A stretch of DNA of 62,390 nucleotides, filler included, from Streblomastix strix (GCA_008636045.1; 2 parts of 2 records of this genome joined end to end with filler, not necessarily neighbours in it); one strand, 5' to 3'. Shown: positions 1-14,452, counted from the whole stretch's first letter. The notes: generated from the sequence alone by a model not told the origin. Program-made: numbers and translations.

Positions 1-1499
1 TGAAGAATAAATAGAAAGAATATCAAAGAGCAAATGAATATAAGAGATAGTCTTAATAATATTTAATATTATTTCAAGATAATGCAATAAAATTGAATAT
101 GAGTGAACATAATTCACTCGAGTGAAAAATATTTTACACATCATTTAATTCTTATTATTTTTACAAATTGATAAAAATAAATAAAGTTAGAAATTTAAAT
201 AAAAAATTGAATATATTTTAAAACTGCCATTTTCCTTCCCTTCAAGATAGCATCCCTAATGTCAAGCTTGACAGGGCGTGACTTTCAAAGCGCCCCTCAC
301 TGATGACATCAGCGACACTTTACATTTTTTGTATATACATCTATTATGAAACAACTTTAATTACAACATATATAAGGGGCACGCCCTCCTCGACAAGATA
401 TGTAAAAAAAAAATTTTCTTGCTGCCCAATCATTTCATTTGTTAATTACATATACATGATATATTATCTTTCCTTTAGCATAACAATTTCATCCGAATTA
501 ATAAATTTACAAATGTAAATAATGCAATACTCCTAACATTTTAAAAAACAAGTAAAGTGTTTTTTTTTCTATATTTACACTTTGATATAATATAAAACTG
601 AAAAATTATACAAAATAGGTCTATTATGGATAAATATCATTTATTGATTTATCTTATAATAATAAATACGCAAAAAAATTTTCAACTCTAATTATCTAAT
701 CAATTAAATATGATATTTTGCTTATTTATTTAATATATGATTTATTTTCATCCTTCATTTTAGAATCACCTAAAAAAAATAACTGTTTGAAAATGTAAAG
801 CATTCAGGAATATCGCAACAATACAAATATTGAAATATCTGATATTCAGGGAACTGTTGGACAGCTAATTTGGTTTGTAACCGAATTCTGGTGCCTAGAG
901 CTTAGGCTTAAATGCAGGACTGAGGCTAAGGGAAGCGGGATTAATGTCAGCCAGTAATAAAAAAAGAACAGATCCTTAAATAAATCAAGGAAATGAGGAT
1001 AATGCTGAAGAGGAAGAAAATGAATAAACCGATAAAACATCACTAATCCAAAACAAAGACTTTAGAGTTAATGTAATCTCAAAGCCCACAGTTTAAGAAA
1101 ATCTGGGGACATAACCATAAAATAATCAAGACTTAAATGCTTTGTGTTAAAAAGAAAATGATGACTCATGCCCTGCTCCAGATGGAGAACAGAAGAAGCC
1201 TAAAAAAGGGAAAGAAAGAAAAAAGACAAAAATTGAAGATTTAATTGCCTCTAATGAGAAAAGTTTGGGCATCAATGCGTAAACTTAAACATTATAAGCA
1301 TCTGCAGTTCCAAAACTTAAGGATACGCCCAAAATGGGCACGTATAAACCTAAATAGGTTACACCCGAACCAAAAAACTCTAACGACGAGGGTGAGGAGG
1401 AGCATAGCACCTGACCAGGCAGGGACCCTCCAACCAAGGGAGATCAGTGTTGAGATCTCTCTCTGGAACAGAGATGAGGAGCGCACTGATGAAAACGGC

Positions 1500-3486
1500 A
1501 CCTCAGGAGACGGAGGAAAGGATTGGAGAATTGAAACATAAAGTGAAAGATAACGGAATGGGGGGTAAGACCAAAAGATTCATATATGCATGGAAGCAGA
1601 TAAGCAAAGAAGACTTCATAAACACTAGATTTTATCTGAGATTTAAAGATTTAATCAGTTAATTGAGAATAAAAAAGAATAAAATGATAATCTCATTAAG
1701 ATGAACGAAAAAAGAGAAAGAAGCTTACCAAGATGTGTTAAAGGAAGTAATGGAAGATTGAATGGTAATTCCTATATAAGAACAACAAGTGAAATGGTGT
1801 AATCAAACATTCCTGATAATGAAACCGAATGGAACATGGAGAAAGAGTCTGGATGCGAGTAAGTTGAATAAAGAAATAGAGAAACTACTTTTCAAAATGC
1901 ATGAACTAGATGAAATACAATACCTTGCAAACTAAATGGATTATGCAACGTCCTTCGACCTCAAATCAGCATTTCACAATATCATAGTATCTCCAAACTC
2001 AATCCCATACCAAGCATTTAACTTTAATAACAATAATTACGCATATAAAGCAGTGCCCTTTGAGACTAAACACAGTCCAATATTCTTCGCAGTAGCAATA
2101 GAATTAATGCTTCGATAAATAAGAATACATTCAAAAATTAGAATTCTGAACTACTGCGACGACATACTTCTAATCCACTAAGACAAATAAATACTTAAAA
2201 CAAAAACAATGGAAATAATGAGAACATTGGAACAGTTCGGATGGACAACATCAACAGGAAAGTACGAAACAGACCCGAAATAGATAATAACATTCCTAGG
2301 TTGGATATGGAACCTGAAGGAAATGAATATAAGGATGTCAGAGGAAACAAAGTTGAAAATGATATAAATATTGATGGACAGGTGCAATGTAATATATATG
2401 AATAAAAGCGTGAAGATAAGATAACTAGCAGCACTGAGAGGTAGATTGAATTTCCTAAGACCCCAGATAAAAGAAGCATCTCTATATCTAATGGAATTGG
2501 ACAAAGCGAAGACGCAAGCGCTGAAAACAGGATCATGGGATGTGATAATGACAGTAAACAGAACGGAAATCAGAGAATTGAAATTGTTGATAAGGAGAAT
2601 AGGGGGGGCAATCAACCAGAGTCATTGATTAACAAAACAATAACATGAATTTTAACAACAGACGCACCACCACAGAGCTGTGGAGCAATGCTGATATACG
2701 ATAATCGAATAGAATTAATACAACACGACTTCTGGAACGAAAAAGAAGCAGAAATGCAAAGCAACGCAAAAGAAATCAAAGCTATTTATTACAAACTACT
2801 CCGTTTCGAGCAAGTCTTTAAGAAGATGCAAGATCAGGCAATCTTGATACGTTCAGACAACACAACAGCAGTCTACAATATTGGGAAATGAAAAGCGAAG
2901 GAATCTCTGATAGAAAGAATAAAACAGGTATTTTATCTAGTGAAAAGACTTTAACTACAAATCACAACAATCCACATCTAAGGAAAATTGAACTCAACTA
3001 CAGACTCATTCTCGTGACTATGCAGATCAGGATAGTATACACTGAAGGATGGAATGATTTAAATGATCTGCAAGACATGGAACTACATGCCACAGATAGA
3101 CATATTCGCAACACAATACAACAAACTAATTAATAATTATGCAACAGTGGATCTCAATGATCTGGGAAACATTACTGTAACGCATTTAACTATAAATGGA
3201 GCAAAGTCAAAGTATATATCCATCCATCAATACCAATATTAAATAGAATTTTCAGAAATTGAAATAAGATAAAGTATAGGGAATAATAATAGCACCGATT
3301 TGGCCACGACAATCGTGGTGCCATAAACCAAAGAATTTATGCACTAAATTCCTTTTCCTTGGTTTATCGGAAAAGATTCTGGAAATAGGACAGGGAATGA
3401 AAGATAAGGATCAAAAACTTTCATTAGGTAATGTGGGCGCATTCCTTCTGGACCTGTCGCAGACGTAGGGAGAGGCTTGCTAATGA
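1500..3486 (+). pseudogene. DIRS pol: reverse transcriptase, RNase H and DNA N6-adenine methyltransferase-like domain
   Basis: With TAR=Gln: KPNGTWRKSLDA, SFDLKSAFHNI, YKAVPFETKHSP, NYCDDILL (~2150), TFLGWIW; RNase H TTDAPP, EIKAI, IRSDNTTAV; MT-like IDIFATQYN, YIHPSIP, IIAPIWPRQSW. Internal TGA codons and frameshifts. Confidence 0.88.
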
Positions 3487-4826
3487 GATGCATGAAGATG
3501 AGAGGAATCTCTGAAGAAGGAGTTAAGTTATTATTTAGAAGTCAAAGATTTATTCCAGTTAAAAGAGATTTTTCCCTCCTAACATTACTACAAGATTGGT
3601 TAGATATAGAAAGAATAGCAATTGAAGTAATGAAGAAAAGAGATATAGAAGTAATACTAACAAAAGTAATTGCTTTCTACACGATTCAAAATAACTCAGT
3701 CGCATCAGCTAAATCTCATAAAGCTCGCATAACTACTATGTTATATCATATATATTAAGAGAACTTAGCATCTTCAACAACTTCAAAACTAATCAACAAA
3801 GCACTGGCTAATGCAACAATACCACATAGAAGATATAAAAACATCTAGAATATCCAAATACTATTTAACCATTCGAGATAATCAAAACGAAATAAGTACT
3901 TTAACAACTATGAGTTACAAGTCAAGATAGCTTCTTTACTGATGTCAATATGCTTCTTCAGACCAAATGAAATAGCTGAAATAAGACTGAAGTTCTCTAA
4001 TGTTAACAAATCAGAGAATCAAGCATCACTAAAATTAGTACCAAAATAAGCAAATGCAATAGAAAGATATGAGGTATATGAAACCGACAACGAGAAATTA
4101 AGCCCAAAGCTAGCAATATATGAATGGATTGATAGACTAAAGAAACAATTTCCAAAAGGTACAGACTTTTTATTGTGGCATAAAGGGTTTAATAATACAA
4201 CAACTACAAAAGACATTAGTCTACAATTTACAAAACTATTAAGAGAACTGAAGATAATAGGAGCATCAGCATATTCAATACAACACTCAGCAAAAACAGA
4301 TCTTGCAAAGCTAAATATCTCTGAAAAAGATCTTGCATCTTTTACATATCACTCCTAATACTCATGAACTGTCCAATAATACTATATTTTCGCATCTTCA
4401 ATAATAGCAAATGACATAGCTAGGTAATTAACAAATAATCCAGGCCAAGATAATGAAAGGTTAAACTAGGTATCCCAATAAAGAGGTGAGATAAGGAGAG
4501 AAGGGAGTAACCAATTATTATCCTCGTCTCCCTTTGAGACAGGGTAATGATTTATTATCCCCGTATCTCGTTATTTTACCTCTGGTCCACCCAAAATATG
4601 TATCCCAACCCGAGGTGAAACAGAAATAAGTAGAGAATTCCCTAGAGAACTGAAAGATCAAACAAGCGGAATGATGCTGAAGGTGGGGTGGAGCGCACGG
4701 AATGATAATGACGTGATAAGGATATTACTCTCTCAAAGTTTGAAAAGTTTGATATAACAGATTATCGATAAAGAGATGTTGTCAGCGAGATGCATAGACG
4801 AATATGAAGAAGAAATAGACGAATGA
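3450..4826 (+). pseudogene. DIRS tyrosine recombinase with C-terminal tail
   Basis: Overlaps the end of pol in another frame. LLMSICFFRPNEI (catalytic Arg region), AYSIQHSA (degenerate H-x-x-R), FTYHS and VQQYY (catalytic Tyr region). Internal TGA. End approximate. Confidence 0.82.
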
Positions 4827-5699
4827 GTGAAATTTAACCAATCCATCAAGAATGATTAAACAGATAATGAAGTATCAACGTATTTAATTTTATATTTTAA
4901 TAGTTTAACACAAATTTTTTATAATTATGTCATTACTACCTGAGGTTTTTCTATGAGATTCTACATTTTCTTCTCCTCATGAGAGCAGTTAAACCATAAA
5001 ATTATCAATTTTTTTGGTGCTTTTTAATCATATTCAAATATTTTCCCCACGATAGAAGTTTTTCCATACCAAATTTTTTACACTCAATTTAGTTTTTCCT
5101 AAAATTTTTACTAAATTTATATATATTTAACTGGGTTTTATATTAACTTTTATCAATATTTTTCCCAGATGGTTTTTTATTATTTAATTTTATCTCACAT
5201 TGACTATTTTATTTTTTAATTTCTTCTCGTCTTGCCTCATCTTGCCGAACTCTCTTTTCCGAGACTCGGATGTAATTTTTTATTACTTTTGTAAAATTGT
5301 TGTTTCTTTTTTGAATTCTTTAATATATCAAATAGGTCACCCCATAGGTTAGATGCTTGTTCGTGCACCGGCCATATTGGAGCCACAATGGCATCTCAAT
5401 AAAGAGGTTAGATAAGGAGATATGAGGATAATAAATCAAAAGTAAAGAATATAATAATTTTATTTGCATTCAATGAAATAAATAAGATTAATATTAGATA
5501 ATTTTTATTAATAATAAGATTAAATATATATTTAAATTAACAATAACTCAACATATATAGTATTTAGTCTGTAATAGATAGTTTAATGAAAAAATAATAA
5601 AATCTGTTTATATTACAGTATTTCAACAAATTAATATATTTTATGTATTTGTTGTATAAAAATCCAAAATTAAATAATTTATTCATTTTCTCAGTTCGA

Positions 5700-8350
5700 A
5701 ATTGTTTAATAATCTATAATATAATCAAAATGTTATTGATTTGTAGTATTGGCTTAAACGCTGTAAAATAATTTGCTGTGCGCGTTTCAGCGTATTGCAA
5801 AATTTTTAAAACACCTTAAATTCATGAAATTAAATTTTTTAAATCCTGTTTGTTGATGTTATAAATTGTTAGGTGCTTCTGTTAAAGGTGTATGAATTGC
5901 ACCTGTTTGGGTAGGTTATTCAGTTTCGTGATTTATATTTCCTTGTTCATTCCTTGGAATGTCCTCTATCTACTGCTGAATATTCTACTATAAATCTATA
6001 ACATCTATCTAATATCTCTATTCTTTTTATATATTATTAACTGTGACATCCTGTTATTGAATTTATATTTCTCTATTAACTTCATGAAGTTAATTTATCT
6101 ATTATTAGATTTATATATTCACTTATTAATTCGGTTATTCTTAATTATCCTATGCTACGAGTAATTGTTGGGCTGTTCGAAAGTTCGCAATTGGTGTATC
6201 TCTTTCCTGATTGATTGATTCTGCACTTGTCCAAGAAATAGAGCTTTCTTCATCGAGATAGAGAGAGATATGGTTTGCTACGCGAAATGCTTCTTCTTGA
6301 ACTGCTCGGAGACCTTGCATGTAGACTGGTGCTCCTGAAACTGTTTGGACTGGAGGCAAGACTTATTCTCGTCTATTGCGTCGTATCCTAAATTATCTCA
6401 GTTGTTGTCTCTAAACTTCGCGGTGTAGACCTTCAGCCCAATCATCATTATTCTATCCATTACCCGAATCTTCACTTGAAATTACTCTTCTTCTCTTCCT
6501 GCCTCTTCCCAAATCCAATTGATCATTTCTGTCATTCCGCTCTCTTTCGTGTCTATGGTTATGGTCGTGGACGTGATCATGATCATGGTGGTGATGGTGG
6601 TTGTCATCTTCATCTAATTCCATTCTAACTTTATCTAAATATAGGTCTGTATCCAATTCTCTTCAGAAAGATTTCCATTCGCTAATTGTTAAATATTCAT
6701 GTCTGGCATGTCTCTAGATGAAGACACTCATATTCAGGAGACCCTTTCCAAATCCTCTGTAGTGTTCTCCATTGGATCTCAGTCTTATGTATCTTAATGC
6801 GTAACTTCTATGTGCCCAGAAATCTCTATGCGCATTAAATTGTTATCATGTCATATTTATTGTTAATTCTGGAGGGTCAATAGGAGTGAATTGGCTTTGA
6901 TCAACTCTCAATGAATTCTTTTTGTTCCATAATGTTTGTAAATCTTAAGCAATCCTTCTTGTTAGGGCCGTTCCTGGTGAGTCTAGTAGCCTCCCATTTA
7001 TATAAACAGGTTCTCGCGCCTAGTTCTATTGCTATTACATAAGTGTTGGTGGTCTGATCGTAGGTTTTTGGCTATATTGTTAGTTTGATTGTTCAAGGTT
7101 CTAGCTCTGAAAACTTGATTGAAATGTTGGATGGCCTGAAGAGCTTGGTGCTGGTGGAGTCAATAAATTAGATTATTGCGTTTATTATACTCCAAATGTC
7201 GGTGAACTCTACATGAACTACGGTAAACCTTCCGTAATGCTTTGCTGTCTATATAATAAAATACTATAGCCTAAAGAAGGTTGGGCCTGTTGGAAAAGGC
7301 CTGGCTACGGAAAACCTTGAAATTGTTGTATTCATGGGTACATGTCAAACCCCTGGAATGGTTGTTGTATCTATGGTCTTGGTATCAGTTATCTTGCATA
7401 AAATTGTTATACGATCTAGGTTGGTGTAAACGTCTCCAGCTGTGGAATCTATTGCCCTGATCCCATCGCAGTTGCGGAGTATTGGCCTGCTTGCGGGTCA
7501 TCTAAGTCCTGACTTTCTTGTCCTTATATCTGTCTCAACGCATGCAGTGGTTGAATTGCGTGTGATATGACTCCGTTATAGCCCGGATCGAATTGTTAGG
7601 CCCCTTAAGCGCCTTGCTTCATCTGTATCCGGATGTAAGTTGACCTTTCTGCGAAGCACAGTAGTGCGGCACACATGCCTACTAGGTCGATCAATATCTC
7701 TTTCGTGTTCCCTTCTAGTACATGTTAAATCGAAAGTATTGTCAGCTTGTACAGCATCAGGAATTGAAACTACAAATTCTGAATGTATCCATCCACTAGG
7801 CTGTTCGCGGTGTTGTTCAAGACTTGGTGCGGTGTACCTCTGCGTGTCTTGTTACCTCTGGTGCATGCAAAGTTCGCGCCTTGTAGTCCCATATCTGCGC
7901 TGGTGCAATTGGATTCGCCCAAGAATCTATTGCGAACGCGTTCCGCCCTGTTAGCAGTTCCATGAACCTCATGATGAAAAATTATATCTCCTGCATCGGC
8001 GGCGTCCTCAGGGCAGGTCCGGCATCGGCGTCTGTCACTGTAATCTCGCGGTCGCTTGCAAATACGTTGGTATCGCTCCCGTTCGCATCTCTGTCGTCCA
8101 TTAGCGGTTAGCTTGGTGTCGTATTGAGACCTGCTCCATCGCGGAGATGTGCGAACAATGCCTGCGCGTTTTAACCATTTGCTTGCGTCATGATTCGCTT
8201 TCTTATTTTTCAAATGGCCGACCCATAGGGATGGGCAGCTCAACGGAGCACCCAGTCCCAGCGGCCCATTTGGCAATCTCAAAATAAAGGGGTGGAACAA
8301 GAGTCTCCGAAGGAGATGGACTATAATAATCTCCTTTAGGAGATGATTAA
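5700..8350 (-). mobile_element. DIRS-type element fragment (copy 2): terminal hairpin plus Gln/Pro-rich ORF1 (gag-like), truncated before the RT core
   Basis: GC-richer segment. The minus-strand ATG at 8191 lies just inside the shared terminal hairpin (8211-8272). Long minus-strand Q/P-rich frame with a His/Asp tract (6560-6610), scattered TGA and frameshifts. No RT motifs seen. Confidence 0.6.
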
Positions 8351-8869
8351 ACAAAAGCGAAAGAATAATGTTTATCTGAATAAAAGAAATTATAAAAATT
8401 ATCAAATAATTTAATATATATTATAAATATCTAAAATATTATTAAATAAATAAAAATAATTTGATTTATTAGTTTTAAATTGTTAAATTTATTATTAAAA
8501 AATGTTTTCATCAAATACTAGATCAACTATATATTAAAAAAAATAAAAAAAAATATTAAACAGAAATCAATTATTATTTAAATATAGTGAATATTTTTAA
8601 ACATAACATTTATCAACTTAATTCAAAGATGTTAAGCCTATGATTTTGTATCATGTTTTCTGCATTAATTGTTTATTATATATTTAATAAATATAAAAAT
8701 TTATGTATATTAAAATAAAATAAATTTATTAAAATTATTACAAGTAAAGAAATCCATTGCATAACGAAATGAAAATTTTTGAGAATTAATTCAAAAACGA
8801 GCTCATAGTCTTAAAAGTTGTCAATTTAATGTTACTCATATATATATGTACTGAATTGACATTTATAGA

Positions 8870-9745
8870 TGAAATGTTATTGCCCCGGTACTCTCAGAAT
8901 TATTTTAGCTGTATCCATATAACATCAATTGAACCAAAATATATTATATAAGGTGAAGGATTATCAATAAGATACCTATTCGGTAAGTAGGTTGATATAA
9001 ATGCAAATGTAACAGTTAAAAACATCTGATTTTTAACCAATTAATATATATCAATTAATAAAGTAATAAATCATAATTAATATTAACACATTTTCAATTA
9101 GAATTATCGATTCATTGCTAGCACATAGTTCTGTTGAGTAACAAAATATTTATACAGCAGTTGGAAGAACTAATTACTATGGATAATTTATACCATAAGT
9201 TGTGACTGATTATTGTTAGTAAAATAACTTGTACTGGTTTGCTAATCGAATATTACTATCTCCAAATCTGTACGTACAACTAAATAGTGCTTATGATCTA
9301 TATGACATATAGAATGAGAATGTAGCCAACTAATTAGTTAATTTATCATCAGCTATTAAATTAAATGATCTCGAAGTATGGTTCTATTAAATTAAAGATG
9401 ATAATGAAAGTTTAGAAGTGGATCTTCCAAAATTCGGTCCATAAATTAGGGAATTTTTTAGAGTATTTATAAATGCTGATAATTTGTGAATCAAATTAAT
9501 TATAAGGAATAACATTACAATCAACAGGAGGTAATGGTTTCTCAAACGTATGTTTCAAATAGAATTTGGTTGATGCACCAGTATTATGGGTATAGAATAT
9601 GATGAGTCAGTGATGCCTAGTAGGATAGAACAAATCATTAGTTTTTACATTATATGATAACTTTGGAAGGAAGATACTAATGCAATATATGGATATGTAT
9701 AATAATTTACTTCTCGAGATACAATTCTAATGATCTGCCTAAATT
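8870..9745 (+). pseudogene. Virus hypothetical protein upstream of pPolB (possible minor capsid protein)
   Basis: Protein-like frame (IDSLLAHSSVEQQNIYTAVGRTNYYGQFIPQVVTDYCQQNNLYWFANRILLSPN...) with internal TGA and a frameshift. Function is a guess from size and context. Confidence 0.45.
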
Positions 9746-9767
9746 AATTATTTTCATTTTAATCAAA

Positions 9768-12700
9768 ATGTCCTACATAAAGAAAGCGGAGCTAATTAAA
9801 CTACTCAAAATCAATAGCAAAAACATTGATGAAACATTAAAAGTAAATTAACTTAAAGATTAACTCAATGAATATTTAGAAAAAATTAATTATAAGACGA
9901 GAGGAAGAAATAATTACAATGATTTGAAAGTACATCTAAAATAAGTTTATAAATACAATCAGTAAATCACTAATGCTTGCATGTCTGGTGCCGCCAAAGG
10001 TATAGATTTCATTTAAAATTTCAAATAAATTCAATATGAATAGGATTTAAAAAAATATCACAGGAATTATTAGTAATAATAAACGGATAAATATTACGAT
10101 GATTTATAAAAATTGATTCGATAATTACATTAAGATTTAACTAATTATCATTCAAATTCATATGATTAAGATTTATTAGAATATCGATAAGAATAAGCAT
10201 ATTAATAAGTTAATGATTTCTGGATTAATTATATCATCAAAGAACAAGAATAAGCTTAAAGAATAATGGATGAAGAATATGAAGCAAATTTGCAATATTA
10301 AATAACAGTCAACCAAAATAAAGAGATTAAAGATAGAATTAATTAGTTTAATGGATAAAACATTAGAGAACTCGATAATGATGCTGGCGTATTATTATAT
10401 TTTCTTCCGGAAAACATGTAATAATTTATTGCAAAAATTTTTAACGCAAGAACAGGTTTTAGTCGTGAACGTACAATAGATTGAACAGAGCCAAATGGAT
10501 CACTTAGCTAATTATATTACTAAAATATTGTTTAATCATTAAGAGATATTGATGAGTTTGTTGATAAAGTTTATAAAAAAACCTATTAAGCATTCAAGAC
10601 ACAATTCAATTTTGGAGTCACTTACGAAGTGTACAAATATGACTAGTATGATTTCGTTTATGTTGATTGTGGATATATATTACCTAGAGATACTCGTATA
10701 CAAGAACATGCTCCTATAGTAATATAATTTGAAGATAATATTGATGAAAGTAATCAATACATTAAATCTGAGATAATAAATATATAGAGTTATACATTAA
10801 ATAATACAAGATAACGATATTTAACAATCTATTCAATGTTAACCAAAAAATTTAATCTTTAACCGTAAATTATTGAAGTTATTATGAAAGTATTAATCGA
10901 TTTTCATTGTAATGATCGCAAAATTGATATATATATAAATAAAGGAAATAATAACAATTGTTATAAGGAAGCCATAGCTAAAGCATTACATCCAGATATT
11001 AAAGAGAAACAATATAAAAGTGAATCAATTATTAGTATTAGTAGAAATTATTTAGTTTAAGAATTTGAGCTACCATTCGATTCAAAGAGTAGAAAAATGA
11101 CTGATTTATTGAAAGCATTTAATGGATTAGATATAACTAGACATGCTAATATTGAATCATAAAAATTATAAATTAACTAGGACATTTACTATTACGATAA
11201 TGAACAAAAAAATTATTATAGAGATCTGAAGTCATTTTATTAGGATGAATTTGAAGAGTACAACAAAGCCTCTTTACATTAAGAACCTAAAACAATTGAT
11301 ATATTAGTTATTGAATCCATTTAAGAAGGGAATAAGATTTCACATGCTTTCGCAATAGTTAATAAATAATTATTAACTGGATTGAAATTTTGTCCTCATT
11401 GCAACTCAAAAGCATTCGATCCTAAAGATAAAAATTACTCAAGAGACTATGAGAAACACATTATTAAATGTGAAAATAACGAAGGGAAAATAGTTAAGAA
11501 AGTTAAACTAGATTATTTCTAAAAGCCATTTATTCCACACATTATATTGAATAACACTTATCAGTATCTAACAGCAAATGGAAGATAAAATAAATACAAA
11601 CCTACATTATACTTCATCACATACGTTCTTGAAACAATACTTAAAATCTTTAATAAAAAGTTCGTTAAATCAAGCTATTAAATGTATGAACTATTTCTTT
11701 AATCAGTTGAATCAACTATTCGTAGCAAATATGGAATTAAGAAGATACTCTTTAGTTAGCAAGACGGAAATGATTTTATGGTTTAATTGTTACTTTATTT
11801 GTTTAAAGATGCTGAATAAGTTAATACTGAAAACCAATATATCACAGATTCGTATATAATTGATAAAACGATTCCATTTTGATTAGAAATACTTATAGTA
11901 AGATTCAATAGTTGAAGATTTGATATATCGTTAATTATATCATATATGTAATGTAAAGAATGGACAATCAGTAATTATACAGATAGCCCTTCAACATCTA
12001 AGCCAGTAATTTTATGTCATAAAAATTAAATACATAAGTGAAATTTGTTGATATGTTATCGTATCTATAACCTATGGAATTAAAGTAAGTAGCAAAAGAT
12101 TTTGTTGATAATTAAGAAGATAAAAACGGCTTATTTCCTTATGAATTTTTCAATACTGATAACGTTAATAAACTAATGAATAAATCAAAACCATTTACAA
12201 TGGAAGATTTCAATTAATCGTTGAAGAATACTAAAATTAGTTAAAAGGATTACTAAATCTATCTAAAATATGCTAAATGAATCAAAAATAGATGGGACTA
12301 TTTACAATATCATAATGAATAAGATACTTAAATAATGGCTAAACCATTAATGACTCTAATTAGCTTACAATTTAAATAAAATTTTGATATATAGAGTTTC
12401 ATGAGTATGGCTGCATGCTCAAATGCTATCATATATGCTAAAGCTTATGAAAATTTTGATATTAATGGAGTATATCCTAATTTTGAAGATTAGTCATAAA
12501 AATTGTACTTAACAGAGAACTATTGGTAGAGTAAAATGAAAGGATATCAATCATAAGATAATTATTAGATAAGAGACACAACAAATAATGTAAATGATAG
12601 TGATTACGAACATTTCAAACCATTACTCAAAATTTTTAATTGCAGCATTTGCGGATGTAAATTCATTTTGGCGAATAAACCAACATTAGACAGAATCGAT

Positions 12701-14413
12701 AATTCAAAAGGTCATTCAAAAGATAATGTTTAACCTTGGTATTTATATTGGAATTGCTTCTGTTTGGACAAAGATAAAAAATAACGATAATTATTCATAC
12801 AATTACATAAATATTGTATGATAAAATGTTTACCAGCTAATCTTACAGATATTGATGTATATCAATTAATTAAGAAATGGATCACAGGTGGATTATCAAA
12901 TGTAATGCATCGAGTTAATAGATCAGGAATTGATTTAATTAAATGATTATATTTTGATAAAGATAACAAAAAAGTAACTGTTTTAATTGCAGATCACAGA
13001 ATAACTCATGTAGTTGGTGTTGATTTTAATTCCTTGTATCTTAGTGTTATATCATCAGAGCCACAAAAATTTAATAAGTATACTAATGGTAAGATGTATA
13101 TGTGTGGATCATAAACTGGAAAGATTAACATCTCTGATGCCGCTGAAAGTATGGGAGACACTGATCATTTGAAATAAACAATATAACGAATAACTAATAG
13201 TAAAAAGAGATTTACTTCTGATGGTCAATTATTCATTGCAGAAGTTAAAAGTCACATTTAAGAGAATTACATTAACGATTTCATTAACTTTCCACCTATT
13301 CTAAGAAATTATGAAATCGCAACTAATGAAAGAATTATCAGATTTTATATGTTAAATCATATGAAAGACAATATAATTAGGACAGATCAAATATAATGAA
13401 AGTTAACTAATATATCATCAACGATGGGAGAATATATGGCATTTAGTTCATACTATTTATGGTTCTTAATTGACGATTGTCAATTTATTATAGATGATGT
13501 GAAATAGATAGTGCTATTCAATAAACATAACTAATTCAATTCATTTATTAAGGAATATACTAAAAACAGAATTGAAGCAAAATTAGATGAAAATAAGGGA
13601 TAAGAATAATTCTTTAAGATTGTTATGAATAGCTCATATGGAAGTGATGGAATGAATACAGAGAAATATCTTAAAGTTAAAATAATGAATAAGAAGGAAA
13701 CAGAAAGAGCAATTAGATCTATTGCGTTCATGGATGAATAAAAAATATCTGAAAACAATTATATTGTACAAATGAATCCTGAACATTGCAGTTGCAAAAC
13801 TCCATTATAAGTTGCATTTTTTGTATTAGATAATGCTAAATATTGGTATCTAAACTTCATATATAACTTCATGTATAAATGCTTAGATATGAATAGGATA
13901 TATTTTATCGAAGGAGATACTTATTCAGCTTATTGGGCAATTAATGGAAATCCTAATGAAGATTTTACTTAGTAATTTAATGCAGTAGTTAAAGTTCGAG
14001 ATTTCTATAACGATAATGCTAAGTATTTCTTCCCAGCAATTAGAGGTGACGTTTATGATGAGAAGAAAATCCTTGGATTAGCGATCGAAAGATAAGGAAT
14101 ATCAATGATTGCATTAGCTCCAAAAAATTACATGATTGAAACTAACTACGGCGCTAATTCAAAAATAAAATTAAAAGGTGTTAATTAGAAAACTAACAAA
14201 ATCACTAAAGAATAGATATTCGATTGCATTAATGAAGGTAAGATAATGAAATACACTAATATGAAATTAGGATAGAAGAATCATTAAATGAGCTAATTAT
14301 CAATTGAGAAAAATGGAATCACAGGAATTCACACAAAAATGATAGTGCTAGAGAATCAATCATGTTGTCCATTTATGTATGGATTAACTGCTAAGGATTA
14401 TTCGTTTGAGTGA
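9768..14413 (+). pseudogene. Protein-primed family B DNA polymerase (pPolB) polyprotein
   Basis: ATG 9768 (MSYIKKAELIKLLK), TGA 14411-13. Motifs WITGGLSNV, VGVDFNSLY (motif A), KIVMNSSYG (motif B), IEGDTYS (degenerate DTDS, motif C), ALAPKNY, KLKGV; Exo II-like FNS*RFDI. Frameshift near 12030 and several internal TGA. Confidence 0.9.
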
Positions 14414-14452
14414 TAATTGATTATCACCAACTTTGATGACGTGCATAAATGC

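Larger units (their letters stand above)
845..5440 (+). mobile_element. DIRS-type tyrosine-recombinase retrotransposon, 5'-truncated and degenerate (copy 1)
   Basis: Order is ORF1 remnant, RT, RNase H, methyltransferase-like domain, overlapping tyrosine recombinase, then a terminal hairpin/AATAAA motif at ~5335-5440. Boundaries approximate. Confidence 0.88.

Noticed and set aside
298..352. Hammerhead ribozyme from CTGATGA at 300
   Set aside because: No stem II followed by GAAA at the proper spacing, and no stems I/III found.
8211..8290. HDV-like or hammerhead ribozyme call for the DIRS terminal hairpin
   Set aside because: Could not fit the nested double pseudoknot or the hammerhead core on either strand; kept as an unclassified hairpin.
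8700..8860. Terminal inverted repeat of the viral element
   Set aside because: No matching inverted sequence found near 23600-23850 or elsewhere by eye.
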